64,000 nt of DNA from a virus. Position numbers and translations under genes: made by a program. Below the pieces are notes generated by a model. That model was given only the letters and a program-made list of their open reading frames with translations. It had not been told where the DNA came from and made no database searches. The stretch is from positions 1 to 64,000 of the IMG/VR virus record IMGVR_UViG_3300017710_002137; one strand, written 5' to 3'. Positions 28,385 through 39,400 of the stretch are shown piece by piece; positions within the stretch are counted from its first letter, which is position 1; every line of letters starts with the position of its first letter.

Positions 28385-28385
28385 A

Positions 28386-28417
28386 TTTGGAATTTACAAA
28401 TATTTTTCGTATATTTG
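28386..28417 (+). promoter_or_regulatory. Bacteroidetes-type promoter (-33 TTTG / -7 TATATTTG) before primase
   Basis: Exact TTTG-N20-TAnnTTTG match. Confidence 0.75.
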
Positions 28418-28436
28418 TAGTGTTAAAAGTATAAAT

Positions 28437-29381
28437 ATGCTTTCACATCACGAGAAACAAGAGGTTATAAACATATTAAATGATGTTTTGGGTGTTGGTA
28501 CATCGATGAAAAACGATGAACAAGCACACCATTGTCCATTCTGCCATCATCACAAGAAAAAGTTACAAGTTAATTTAAAAACACAATATTGGCATTGTTG
28601 GGTTTGTGATGCAAAAGGAAGAAAGATACAGAGGTTACTTAAAAGACTGCATGTAGATTCTCGTAAATTAAAGAAAATATATGAAATCTATGGAGATGAT
28701 TATGTTGTATATTCAAAAGAAACTGAAGAAGAGAAGGTTGAGTTACGATTACCAAGTGAATTTAAATCACTTTTAAAAGTACCAACAGGTAAAGTAAAAC
28801 CTGTGTACAGAAAAGCTCTTAGGTATGCTGAAGATAGAGGTATTACTAAAGAAGATATTACAAGATATAATATCGGTTATTGTGATACTGGTATGTATTC
28901 CAATCGTATTATTATTCCATCTTATGATTCTGATAACAGACTCAATTACTTCATCGCACGTTCTATACACTCTGAAGAAAAGTTTAAGTATAAGAATCCG
29001 CCAGTTTCGAAAAATGTTATTATGTTTGAAAACCAAATAAATTGGAACGAACCAATAACATTAGTTGAGGGTGTATTTGATGCAATGGCGGTAAAAAGAA
29101 ATGCTATTCCTATACTTGGTAAATTTATTCCAAAAACTTTAAATGATACTATATATAAAAAGGGTGTTGAAAGTATCAATATATTATTGGATGGGGATGC
29201 TCAAGACCAGGCTTTATACTACACTATGCAATTCCAAAATCAAGGAATCACTACAAAAAATATTAAACCCACAGATAAAGATGCATCTGAAATGGGGTTC
29301 ACAGAAGTAAATAATAAATTAAAAGAATCTAAGAAAACAGGATTCGGTGATATTATATCACAAAAACTAAAAGGTTTATGA
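28437..29381 (+). CDS. DNA primase (zinc finger plus TOPRIM)
   Basis: CPFC...HCWVC zinc ribbon; RIIIP, KYKNP, VEGVFDA and LDGDA motifs. Confidence 0.92.
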   Translation: MLSHHEKQEVINILNDVLGVGTSMKNDEQAHHCPFCHHHKKKLQVNLKTQYWHCWVCDAKGRKIQRLLKRLHVDSRKLKKIYEIYGDDYVVYSKETEEEKVELRLPSEFKSLLKVPTGKVKPVYRKALRYAEDRGITKEDITRYNIGYCDTGMYSNRIIIPSYDSDNRLNYFIARSIHSEEKFKYKNPPVSKNVIMFENQINWNEPITLVEGVFDAMAVKRNAIPILGKFIPKTLNDTIYKKGVESINILLDGDAQDQALYYTMQFQNQGITTKNIKPTDKDASEMGFTEVNNKLKESKKTGFGDIISQKLKGL

Positions 29382-32300
29382 TAATAAATAAGGTTTACCA
29401 CCTTGCAGATTTACACATTAGAAATCTACAAAGGCACAAAGAATACAAACAAGTATTTAAAAAATTCCTAAAACAAGTTAAAGAAGATAAAATTGAGGAT
29501 TCCCTCATTTATATTGCTGGTGATATTGCTCATGCTAAAACTGAGATGTCACCTGAACTCGTACACGAAATAAGTTGGTTTCTCACCGAGTGTGCGAAGT
29601 TAAGAGAAACTGTGTTAATCACAGGTAATCATGATTGTAATTTAAATAATTCCCACAGACTAGATGTACTCACACCTATTATCGAAAATCTTGGAAATAA
29701 TCGAATTCATTATCTTCGTGATACTGGTGTCTATAATATCCATAATCTTACTTTTGTTGTTTATTCTATATTGGATGACAAAGAAAATTGGCCTAAAGGA
29801 GATACCATTGATGGAGAAAATAAAATCGTTTTATTCCATGGACCAGTAAACAAAGCTCAAACAGATATCGGCTATACCGTTTCTTCAAACTCATTCCAAG
29901 TGGATATGTTTGATGGATTCGATATGGCCATGTTGGGTGATATCCACAAAAGACAAACATTCGGACCTGGTTATGAACACATTGCTTATGCTGGTTCTAT
30001 GATTCAACAAAATCATGGTGAGTTATTAGAGAATCATGGATATCTACTTTGGGATATTCCAACAAGAACTTTTACAGAACATCATCTACATAATGATTAT
30101 GGATTCTTAACAGTTGATGTAGTTGATGGTAAGATACCTCAATGGGTGTATGATGAGGTTGGTACTAAACTTCCAAAGTATCCAAGATTAAGATTACGAT
30201 TTACAAGAACAGAAGCTTCTGATATGAAAAGAAGAATAACTGAACTAAAGAAGTTATTCAAAGTTGCTGAAGTTACTGTAACGAGAACTGATACAATAGG
30301 ACAACTAAAAACAAATCAAAAGGTAAACAAAAACATCGTTGGTAATGTTAAAGATGAAACATTCCAAAACTCCTTAATACGAGATTACTTAGAAAGACAA
30401 TATTTGTTAGAAGATGAGGAGTTAGATAAGATAGCAGAAATTAACTCAGAGTTAAATGGACAGATAGATGATTCAGATTCAATAGGTAACATCTTATGGA
30501 CACCGAAAGAGTTTCAGTTTTCTAATATGTTTTCATATGGTGAGGATAACAAAGTAAGGTTTAATAAAGCTCAAGGTATCGTTGGTATCTTCGCTCCAAA
30601 TGCCTCTGGTAAATCCTCTCTCTTCGATGCATTATCATTTTGTATCTATGATAAGACTTCTCGTACAAACATCTCTAAGAACATCTTAAATAATCGTAAA
30701 ACAAACTTCTATTGTAAGTTTAACTTCGAGATAGATGGAATTGATTATTATATCGAAAGAAGAGCTAAATATGTTAGGAGACAAACATCGGTAAAGGTGG
30801 ATGTAGATTTTTGGAGAGATAACAATGGAGTTATAGAATCACTTAATGGAGAACAACGAAAAGATACTAATAAGGAAATAGAAAAGTACTTAGGTAAGTT
30901 CGAGGACTTTGTTTTAACTGCTCTTTCTCTACAAGGAAATAACGCACTCTTTATAGATAAATCACAATCGGAAAGAAAAGAAATACTTTCTCAATTCATT
31001 GGTGTAAACATCTTTGATAAATTATATCAAAAGGCTGCTGATGAGAATAGGGATAATGCAACACTTATCAGAAAATTTAAGAGTGATGATTTTACGACAA
31101 AATTAGCGGAAATCGACACTGATTTAAAAACAAACAAAAATGATTATAAACTTTTAGAGATAAATCAAAAAGCTTTAAAAGACGAAGAAGATGTGTTGAA
31201 CAAAAGGATTATATCCCTAAACGAGAAAATCGTTAAGTTGAATGCTGATAGTGGGGTTTCGATTGAAGAGTTAGAAAAAAGATTGAAAAACCTCGAAACC
31301 AAAAAGGATGGGGTTTCAACCACAAAAAGTTCGGTTCAAGAAAGAATCACCTTTAGGGAAGAACTACAAATTACTTTAGAAGAAATCTTAGATAAGTTTG
31401 ATGAAGAAGATTTAGAAGAAGGAATTACAAAATTAAAAAGATTAAGAAAGAATTTATCTAATATTGATTCTGAAATAGAAAAAATTAATATTAAGTTAGA
31501 ATCTTTATACGAAAGAAAACAGCACTTAGATTCACACAAATATAATGAGGATTGTGATATTTGTATGGAAAATTCTAAATCTATTTTAGATACAAAATCT
31601 GAAGTAGAATCAAAGATAAAGGAGTTGGAAGAATCTTTACAACACAATGAAAAAGAAAAGTTAGATTTAAACATTGAGATTGATTCTTTGAAAGGATATG
31701 AGGATGAGTGGGATAAGTATAAAGATGCTAAAGATAAAGAGGATAAATTAGATAGAGAAATATCCCAACTTATCAACAAGTTATCAACAACCGAAACTGA
31801 AGAAATCCGTTTAGATACACAAATTACTCAACAGCAACAACTTATCAAAGAATATTATAAGAATGAGAAACAAATTCAGAAGAATAAAGAAATCAGAGAT
31901 GAGATTAGTGGAGTAAGAGAAAAACTTACAATTGTTAAAGATGAACTTAAAGGATACAATACAGATATCCTTAAATTAAATGGTAAAGTATCAGCATTAC
32001 AGAATCAGAAAGAAACTATTGAAGATAGAATCAATGAGGTTAAGGATATGGAATCTCAAAGTAGATTATTTGATTTTTACTTAAATGCTCTTTCTAAAGA
32101 TGGTGTATCTTATGAATTGATTGAAAAAGCATTACCAATGATTGAGGGTGAGGTAAACAATATTCTTGCACAAATCGTAGAGTTTGGAATGCAATTAGAA
32201 ATTGATGGTAAAAACATTAATGCTTATTTAGTGTATGGAGACCAGAGATGGAGTTTGGAAATGTGTAGTGGAATGGAAAGGTTTATTAGTGGTTTAGCAA

Positions 32301-32536
32301 TTAGAGTTGCTCTAATCAATGTATGTAACCTACCAAGACCTAATTTCCTTGTGATAGATGAAGGATTCGGTACATTAGATAGTGAGAACCTACAATCCCT
32401 ATTTATGTTGTTTACATACCTTAAAACTCAGTTTGATTTCGTTATGATTATTTCACACATTGATTCAATGAGAGATGTTGTAGATGGTCTTATAGAGATT
32501 AAGAAAGAAAAAGGATTTTCTAATGTAAAATTTTAA
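29378..32536 (+). CDS. Fused Mre11/SbcD nuclease and Rad50/SbcC ATPase (T4 gp47-gp46 equivalent)
   Basis: DLH, GD, GNHD, H and GDIH phosphoesterase motifs; then APNASGKSS Walker A, CDIC zinc hook, CSGME signature, IDEGFG Walker B and ISH. Confidence 0.93.
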   Translation: MIINKVYHLADLHIRNLQRHKEYKQVFKKFLKQVKEDKIEDSLIYIAGDIAHAKTEMSPELVHEISWFLTECAKLRETVLITGNHDCNLNNSHRLDVLTPIIENLGNNRIHYLRDTGVYNIHNLTFVVYSILDDKENWPKGDTIDGENKIVLFHGPVNKAQTDIGYTVSSNSFQVDMFDGFDMAMLGDIHKRQTFGPGYEHIAYAGSMIQQNHGELLENHGYLLWDIPTRTFTEHHLHNDYGFLTVDVVDGKIPQWVYDEVGTKLPKYPRLRLRFTRTEASDMKRRITELKKLFKVAEVTVTRTDTIGQLKTNQKVNKNIVGNVKDETFQNSLIRDYLERQYLLEDEELDKIAEINSELNGQIDDSDSIGNILWTPKEFQFSNMFSYGEDNKVRFNKAQGIVGIFAPNASGKSSLFDALSFCIYDKTSRTNISKNILNNRKTNFYCKFNFEIDGIDYYIERRAKYVRRQTSVKVDVDFWRDNNGVIESLNGEQRKDTNKEIEKYLGKFEDFVLTALSLQGNNALFIDKSQSERKEILSQFIGVNIFDKLYQKAADENRDNATLIRKFKSDDFTTKLAEIDTDLKTNKNDYKLLEINQKALKDEEDVLNKRIISLNEKIVKLNADSGVSIEELEKRLKNLETKKDGVSTTKSSVQERITFREELQITLEEILDKFDEEDLEEGITKLKRLRKNLSNIDSEIEKINIKLESLYERKQHLDSHKYNEDCDICMENSKSILDTKSEVESKIKELEESLQHNEKEKLDLNIEIDSLKGYEDEWDKYKDAKDKEDKLDREISQLINKLSTTETEEIRLDTQITQQQQLIKEYYKNEKQIQKNKEIRDEISGVREKLTIVKDELKGYNTDILKLNGKVSALQNQKETIEDRINEVKDMESQSRLFDFYLNALSKDGVSYELIEKALPMIEGEVNNILAQIVEFGMQLEIDGKNINAYLVYGDQRWSLEMCSGMERFISGLAIRVALINVCNLPRPNFLVIDEGFGTLDSENLQSLFMLFTYLKTQFDFVMIISHIDSMRDVVDGLIEIKKEKGFSNVKF

Positions 32537-33171
32537 TGAAAGCGTATCACTTAGAAAAATCATTATTGGGTGGTGAAAAATTTCCTATCTATTATACACC
32601 AGAACTAAATGGTGGTGGTCTTTTTTGGTGTAATCAATTAAAAGAAATAAAGTATTCTTTACCAAAAGTAAATTCTGTTATGGAAATGGGATGTGGGCCT
32701 GGATTTATTGGGTTCTACATAAAACATCAACAAAACTTAAAAAAGTTAGTATTGATTGATATCTATGAACCAGTTAGAGAAGTAATTAATAAAACTATTA
32801 AAGAGTGTGGTTGGGAAGATGATGTGGAGTTATACATTAGTAATGGATTAGATGATTATACTGGTAGTAAAGTAGATATGGTTGTTTGTAATCCACCTCA
32901 TTTAACATCTCTTAGTGATTTTGAAAAGCATAAACATTTACAGACGGGTATTACTAAAAGAATGTTACTTGATGATGAGTTAAGGTTACATAAAAATTTT
33001 TTAGAAAACCTTGATGCTGTACTTCATCCAAATGGTTATGTTTTTTTATTAGAAAATAAAACGTCCGTTTTACCTGAAACGATATTAAAAATAAACCCCA
33101 AGCTTAAAATTATAGATTACATAGACCATCCTTCTTCTATGTGTTATTCTGCACTTTACCAACTTACTTAG
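32536..33171 (+). CDS. Class I SAM-dependent methyltransferase (NPPx type)
   Basis: EMGCGPG SAM-binding motif and CNPPH. Confidence 0.82.
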   Translation: MKAYHLEKSLLGGEKFPIYYTPELNGGGLFWCNQLKEIKYSLPKVNSVMEMGCGPGFIGFYIKHQQNLKKLVLIDIYEPVREVINKTIKECGWEDDVELYISNGLDDYTGSKVDMVVCNPPHLTSLSDFEKHKHLQTGITKRMLLDDELRLHKNFLENLDAVLHPNGYVFLLENKTSVLPETILKINPKLKIIDYIDHPSSMCYSALYQLT

Positions 33172-33334
33172 AAACTCGTAATACATTGTTTGGTTTATCT
33201 TTATCAGATATACCTAATTTTATTTTTATCAATCTTTCAACTAATCCACTTTTAGAATAACCATTCTCACAGCAGTAATCGTGTAATTCTTTATATAATT
33301 CCCTTTTAACTTGTATTGTAGTATATTTTCCCAT
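33164..33334 (-). CDS. Ribbon-helix-helix (CopG/Arc-like) DNA-binding protein
   Basis: MGKYTTIQVKRELYKELHDYCCENGYSKSGLVERLI fits beta-strand, helix, G turn, helix. It is the only credible minus-strand gene; ATG at 33334. Confidence 0.75.
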   Translation of the reverse strand: MGKYTTIQVKRELYKELHDYCCENGYSKSGLVERLIKIKLGISDKDKPNNVLRVSK

Positions 33335-33350
33335 AATATATAGATTTCTA

Positions 33351-33365
33351 TTGAATATATATTCA
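33351..33365. promoter_or_regulatory. Palindrome (T)TGAATATATATTCA, candidate RHH operator
   Basis: Lies about 17 nt upstream of the RHH start; identical to 5195-5209. Confidence 0.6.
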
Positions 33366-33381
33366 TAAATATAAATCAAAT

Positions 33382-33390
33382 ATATTTATA
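33382..33390 (+). promoter_or_regulatory. Putative late promoter ATATTTATA for the fibre gene
   Basis: Lies 23 nt before ATG 33414. Confidence 0.65.
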
Positions 33391-33413
33391 GTAAGATTAA
33401 TAGGAAATATTTT

Positions 33414-36400
33414 ATGGCAATTATCAAGAAATTTTCACCATTTCAAAATCTTAGTAACTTTTCAACATTTGTTGATGATGATAATCCAAATTCAGAATAC
33501 TTTAAGATTACTGAATTTAAGGAAACATTTACAGGTGGTAAAAACGGGTTTCTTATAGAAGGGTGTCCGGAATTAAAAGAAAGTTCTGAGGTTAAGATAG
33601 AACTACTTGATGTGGAGGGAAATCCCATATACTTCGAGCCTGGAGATGGTATACCAGAATATTATGAAGGTACATCTAAATTAATATCAGTTCATGTTTA
33701 TGAGGATACTCCAATTGGATTGGGAAAGATAACTATACTTGGTGAACTAAAACAATATAAAGATTCTTTTGGAGCTCTTGTAGATATACCCAATGAATGG
33801 AGGGGTGTTTACAATGTTAAGTGGGAAAGAACATTTCAGGTAAATAAAAATTTATCCAATGAAACAACTGTTAGGTTTTATAAAAGACCTTCAGTAACAA
33901 TTACAGAATTAATAAAACCCATATTTTCTAAATCTATTCCAACTGTAACTGATACTGGTCATGTACATGGGTTTTCTATAACACCATCTGTTGGTGAAAA
34001 TATTACAACATGGAGAGCTGGTACATCATATGGATTACGATTAACAAGTGGTTCTTGGGATGTTGATGTAGATGAAAATATTATTACAATTTCAAATCCT
34101 TCATATCAAGCTAGAATAATTGAAGTATTGGATTCGAAACAGGTACTTGTTGATATACCTTATACTGAAAATAATATTGTAACAGATTTTGAATCTGGTT
34201 CTTATTCTGTTACTTATACTGATTTTCAAAATCAAGTTGTTGGAGAAACTTCTTTAACAGGTTCATTTGCTAAAGTAGATATATCACAACTTAAAACTTT
34301 TGTTGGTGATGTTGCTAGAGTAAAGGTATTTAGAAAATCAAGAAACGCTGTTGGTGATTTTCAATTTGTACAAGAATCAAAATTAGAATCATCAGAATTA
34401 CTTAGAGATATTACAACAACATCGGATACGGAATTGTCGTATGGTAGATTCGATGAAAACAACTTAACTAACTATTGGGTAACCTCATCTGATTCACATC
34501 CTACTTCAATCAACTCAGATGTTTTATCTCAAGCAGTAAAGATTGATTATGATGAGAATGTAGGTGGTGTACAGAGATTAATAACATCAGAATCAATATC
34601 AGTATCAAGTGATGTTGAATATACACTAAACTTTAGAACATTACTAAGTGGTTCACTTGATGATAGTGGTAAAACAATAAGGGCGTTTTTTAGTTCATCA
34701 AACTTTACACAAGATTTTACAACAATAAGTGGTTCTGCTATTTATAGAGCAAGACAAAATATATCTGAAAATATTATATCTCAAAATACTGGTGATGCAA
34801 AATTAGTATTCGAGGTTCAAGGTTCTGATTGGTACATTTCAAATGTATCTTTAAGAAATGCACAAGAATCATCATTTTCACCAGATGAATTTACTTTAAT
34901 TCAAGATATTCCAAGAAAAACTGCATCTGAAACATTTGATTTTAGATTTGAGTTTTATGATATCAATAACAATTATATACCTGTTGATGTTTCTGCTGTT
35001 GGTGTATTTAATGGTGGTAATGATTTTCCTACAAGTGCAAAATTATTAACATTTGAATCCGATAGAAATGCATTTAGATTTTCAAGTGGTTCGGTACAAA
35101 ATCCAAAGAATCAACAAATACAACTTAAGATAACCCAAAATAACTTAACGGGTTCAATATTGTTTGAATCATCTGCATTTGATGTTGATGGTAATTATTT
35201 AAATCCAAATGATTATACACAATATCCTGGTTTACTAACAGGTGTAAATCCAGCTGGAGGGTTAATTACTATAAATAATTTTACTGGTTCAAGAACTGAT
35301 AATTCACCAACTCCTTTTGTTGGTTCTGTTATTTATACCGCTTCATTAGAAAACTTACAAGAGTTTGAAACTGTTTATAGATTAGAAGATGGTGATAATG
35401 CACCTCAACTTATTGTAACTTCAAACGCAAATCAATTTACATATGAACCAACTGCATTAGAACCAAAGCCATCTGGTCAATCGATTACAGTTAGAGCTCA
35501 GAGAAAAAACTTAGCATCTTTAATTACACCAATAGAAATAAATAGTGGTAGTAATAAACCTAAATTAAATTATGTAGATACTGTTAATGGTATAGATACA
35601 TATACTTTAACCGCAACTACATTCTCAGCTTCTTTTTCCGATAACTCATTTGATGAAGTAACTTATTCATTTACTGGTTCGGATGTATTTGGTAATAAAC
35701 AATCAGATGAAATTACGATTTCAAAAGTAGTTAACTTTGATGGTGTATCTATAACTCTTACAAACGATTCAACTACATTTAGAGCAAATGGACAAGGAGC
35801 GGTTCTTGATAATTTTGCAAGTGGTGATGGTGAGGTAGAAGTTAGAATTGCAAATAAAGAGATACAACATAGTGATGGACTAACTTCACCAAACAGATTT
35901 GATATTGTATCCGCAACAGCAACAAATGTGACTGAGGCATATTCATCCTATACTACCAATGAATATGGTATTTCCTCATTATCTGCAGATAGTGGTTCTT
36001 TGATACTGAGTGTAAAATATCTTGCTGGTGATAATAGTACTTCACAATCTTTTCAGAAAAAAGTAAACTATACTAAAAACAGAATAGCATCCCCTTCTAT
36101 TGTATTTGATACTACAAATAAAACACAGAATGTAGATGCTAAATCAACGGGTGCACAATTAAGTTCATTTGATTCATCTACAATGGCTATTCGAGAATTC
36201 TATACAGGTTCTCTTACATCATTTTCTTCAGCTAATATCGATTTAACAATAACATCTGGTTCTAACGATGTAAGTGGAAATCCTTTAGTAACAAGGAGTG
36301 GATTAAGTTTATCTTATGGTGAATTACCAAATAATACAAACTCAACTCAAGTAGGATTAACTGCTACAGTAACAGATAGTGAAGGAACAAGTAGAGAGGT

Positions 36401-39400
36401 TAGTGATACCGTTTCACTTTCTAAAACAAATGCTTCTGCACCAAATGTTGAGATACAAGTATATCCTTCATCTCAAACTATAACTGCAAACTCTGTTGGT
36501 AGTGGTTCAGCAACCCCATCTAATTTATCAATTGTGGTATCTGAAGGAGGAACAACAAGAACAATATCCTCAATTGGAACAATAACAACAACTGGTGGAT
36601 TAAGTGTAAATACACCAACTTCTCCATTTACAACAATATCGTTTACTTCAGATGCATCTGATATGACATCTGATACTGGTACAATTACGATACCAGTTAC
36701 AACAACAAATAGTGAAGGAAGTTCTGTAACAAAAACTATAACTGCAATTGTTACAAGAGCACGAGAAGGTGAAACTCCCGTATTAGTTACTCTTACTCCA
36801 CAGGCTCAAACTATAACTGCAAATTCTTTGGGTAGTGGAAGTGAATCACCACAAACTATTAGTGTAAGTGCAAAACAAGGAAGTACTGATGTTTTTGATT
36901 CTATGACAGTTTCATATAGTGGAGGTATAGGTGGAACGATTTCAAGTAATAACTTAACATTTACAGATACGGCATCTGATATGACTTCTGATACAGAAAC
37001 TATAACATTTGCTGTAACATATACAGATTCTGCAGGGGATACATCTACTGAAAACATTACTGCAAATATTTCGAGAACAAGAGCTGCAAGACCAAATGTT
37101 GAGGTTTCGGTTTCTCCAACAGGACAAACAATAGAAGCAAATTCGCGTGGTAGTGGTTCGGCAACTCCACAAACTTTAACAGTAAGGGCACTTGAGGGTG
37201 GTACGAGTAGATTTGAAGAAATCACTAATGTTTCATTTTCAAATGGATTGGATGGTGATGATTCTCCATTATCAAACACAGTAGCATTTACATCAACTGC
37301 AACTGATATGACATCTGATACCGGTACTGCAACTGTAACTGTTTCATACCAAGATAGTGAAGGAACACTTGGTACTAAAGATGTGATAGCAACAGTATCA
37401 AGAGTTAGAGTGGCTCAACCAGGTATAAATTTCTCAGTTACTCCTGCCGCTCAAACAATTGCTGCTAATTCAAATGGTACTTTAACTGGTACAATACAAG
37501 ATGTAAGAGTTGATGGGTTTGAAGGTAATAGTGCTTTAACATATAATCAAGGAACTCTTAGTGCTGGTCAATATAAAATTACTAATGTAACTGGTGTAAG
37601 TGTTTCAGATACAACACCATCGGATGAGAATATTGATATTACAGGTTTTAGTGGAGATAGTGCAACTGGTACTGCTTTTATTGGATTTAAAGATAACGAA
37701 GGAACTACTGGTACAACAACTATTAAATTTACACTTTCTAAATCTAAAAAAGCAACACCAGTTGTTGCGATATCTGCAAATCCACAATCACAAACAGTTG
37801 ATTCAAATTCAGCATTTTCATCAGTTGGAACACCATCTGCTGTAACAATAATTGTTAACGAAGGTGGTAGTAATTATACACATACGACAGGTACGGTCAC
37901 TGCAAATAAATTTAAAATTACTGGTGTAACAAATGGTACAAATAATAATGATGGAACTATTACACCAACCACACCAAGTGATGCCAATGGAACAACTTCT
38001 GTTGTAACTTTAAGTTACACAAACTCAGAAGGTAGAGAATTTACATCGAAAACAATTACGGTTAATGTTGGTGTTGCAGTTCAAGGAGATGATGGAGCGG
38101 CTGGTCCTGGTATTACATTCGTTGGAGATTGTTCTGATTTAGCAAGTACATTTACTTGGACAAGTGATGAGAACACAAGACAAGTTACTAAGGTTGGTAG
38201 TTCGTATTATATTACAAAAGATGCGGCCGATGGTGTAGCAAAATCAACAACAGGATGTCCTGGTGATACTGGTTGGGGAACTTACTTTGAAACAATGACA
38301 TCTTTTGCATCGGTTGCTACCGATGTACTTTTTGCTCAAGATGTTTACGCTAACAAAACAGTTAATATTGGTACATCTCCAAATGGAACTGAACCTGTAA
38401 TCGCATTAAATGCAGATGCAAGTAATGATTATGCAAATCCATACATTGGAATCGGTACATCTGCTTATAATGGCACTGGTATATTCTTAGGATATAATAG
38501 TGATGTTGCTAAACTATCCTTAAAATCATCAACAAATTCGTTATTGTGGGATGGTACAAACCTTACAGTAAATGGTGGTGGTACATTCTCAGGTGATTTA
38601 TCTGCAGCTGGTGGTACTTTTGAAGGTAGTTTATCAGTAGGTTCTGGTGATGATATATTAAAAGTTGATTCGAGTGGTAACTTACATATCGGAGATGCTA
38701 ATTATGCGGATGCACCATTTAAGGTATCCAATGATGGTACACTTACAGCAACTGGAGCAACAATTAGTGGTGCAATTACTATAACTTCTGGTGATACCGC
38801 GGATGCAATTGCTCAAGCAAAATCAGTTGCAGATGCGGCAACAGGAAGTGCCGCCACTGCTCTATCGGCCGCTCAAGGTGCTCAACAAGATGTTGATAAC
38901 TTGAACATACCAACAGTACCAACTACATTTAATCCAAATAACTTGTCAAATGTTGGTACACCATCTGTTAGTGGATTACATTTAGGTGAGGATAAAATGG
39001 GATTCTATAATGCAACTGCACCAGCTGGATGGAAATCTTATTTAGATAGTAGTGGTAACTTTTTTCTTGCAGGTACAAATAGTGGAGCTGCCGCTCCATT
39101 GAGTTTTACAGGTACAACCGGTATCTTATCAGTTACAACAGGTGCAACAATTGGTGGTTGGACAATTGATTCAAATTCGATACACACTGGTACAAAAGGA
39201 AGTAGTGGAAACTTTACATCAGCAGGTGCTATAACAATTGGAAGTAGTGGTTTTATATCAGCAAATGGATTTTATATTGATACTGATGGTAACTTTGTAC
39301 AAGAAACCACAAAAACTAAACTAAAGAAAGATGGTGTTGCAACACCAAGAGCTTTATCTAATTTATTTGATATTGATTCATCTGAAATATTTATTAAAAC

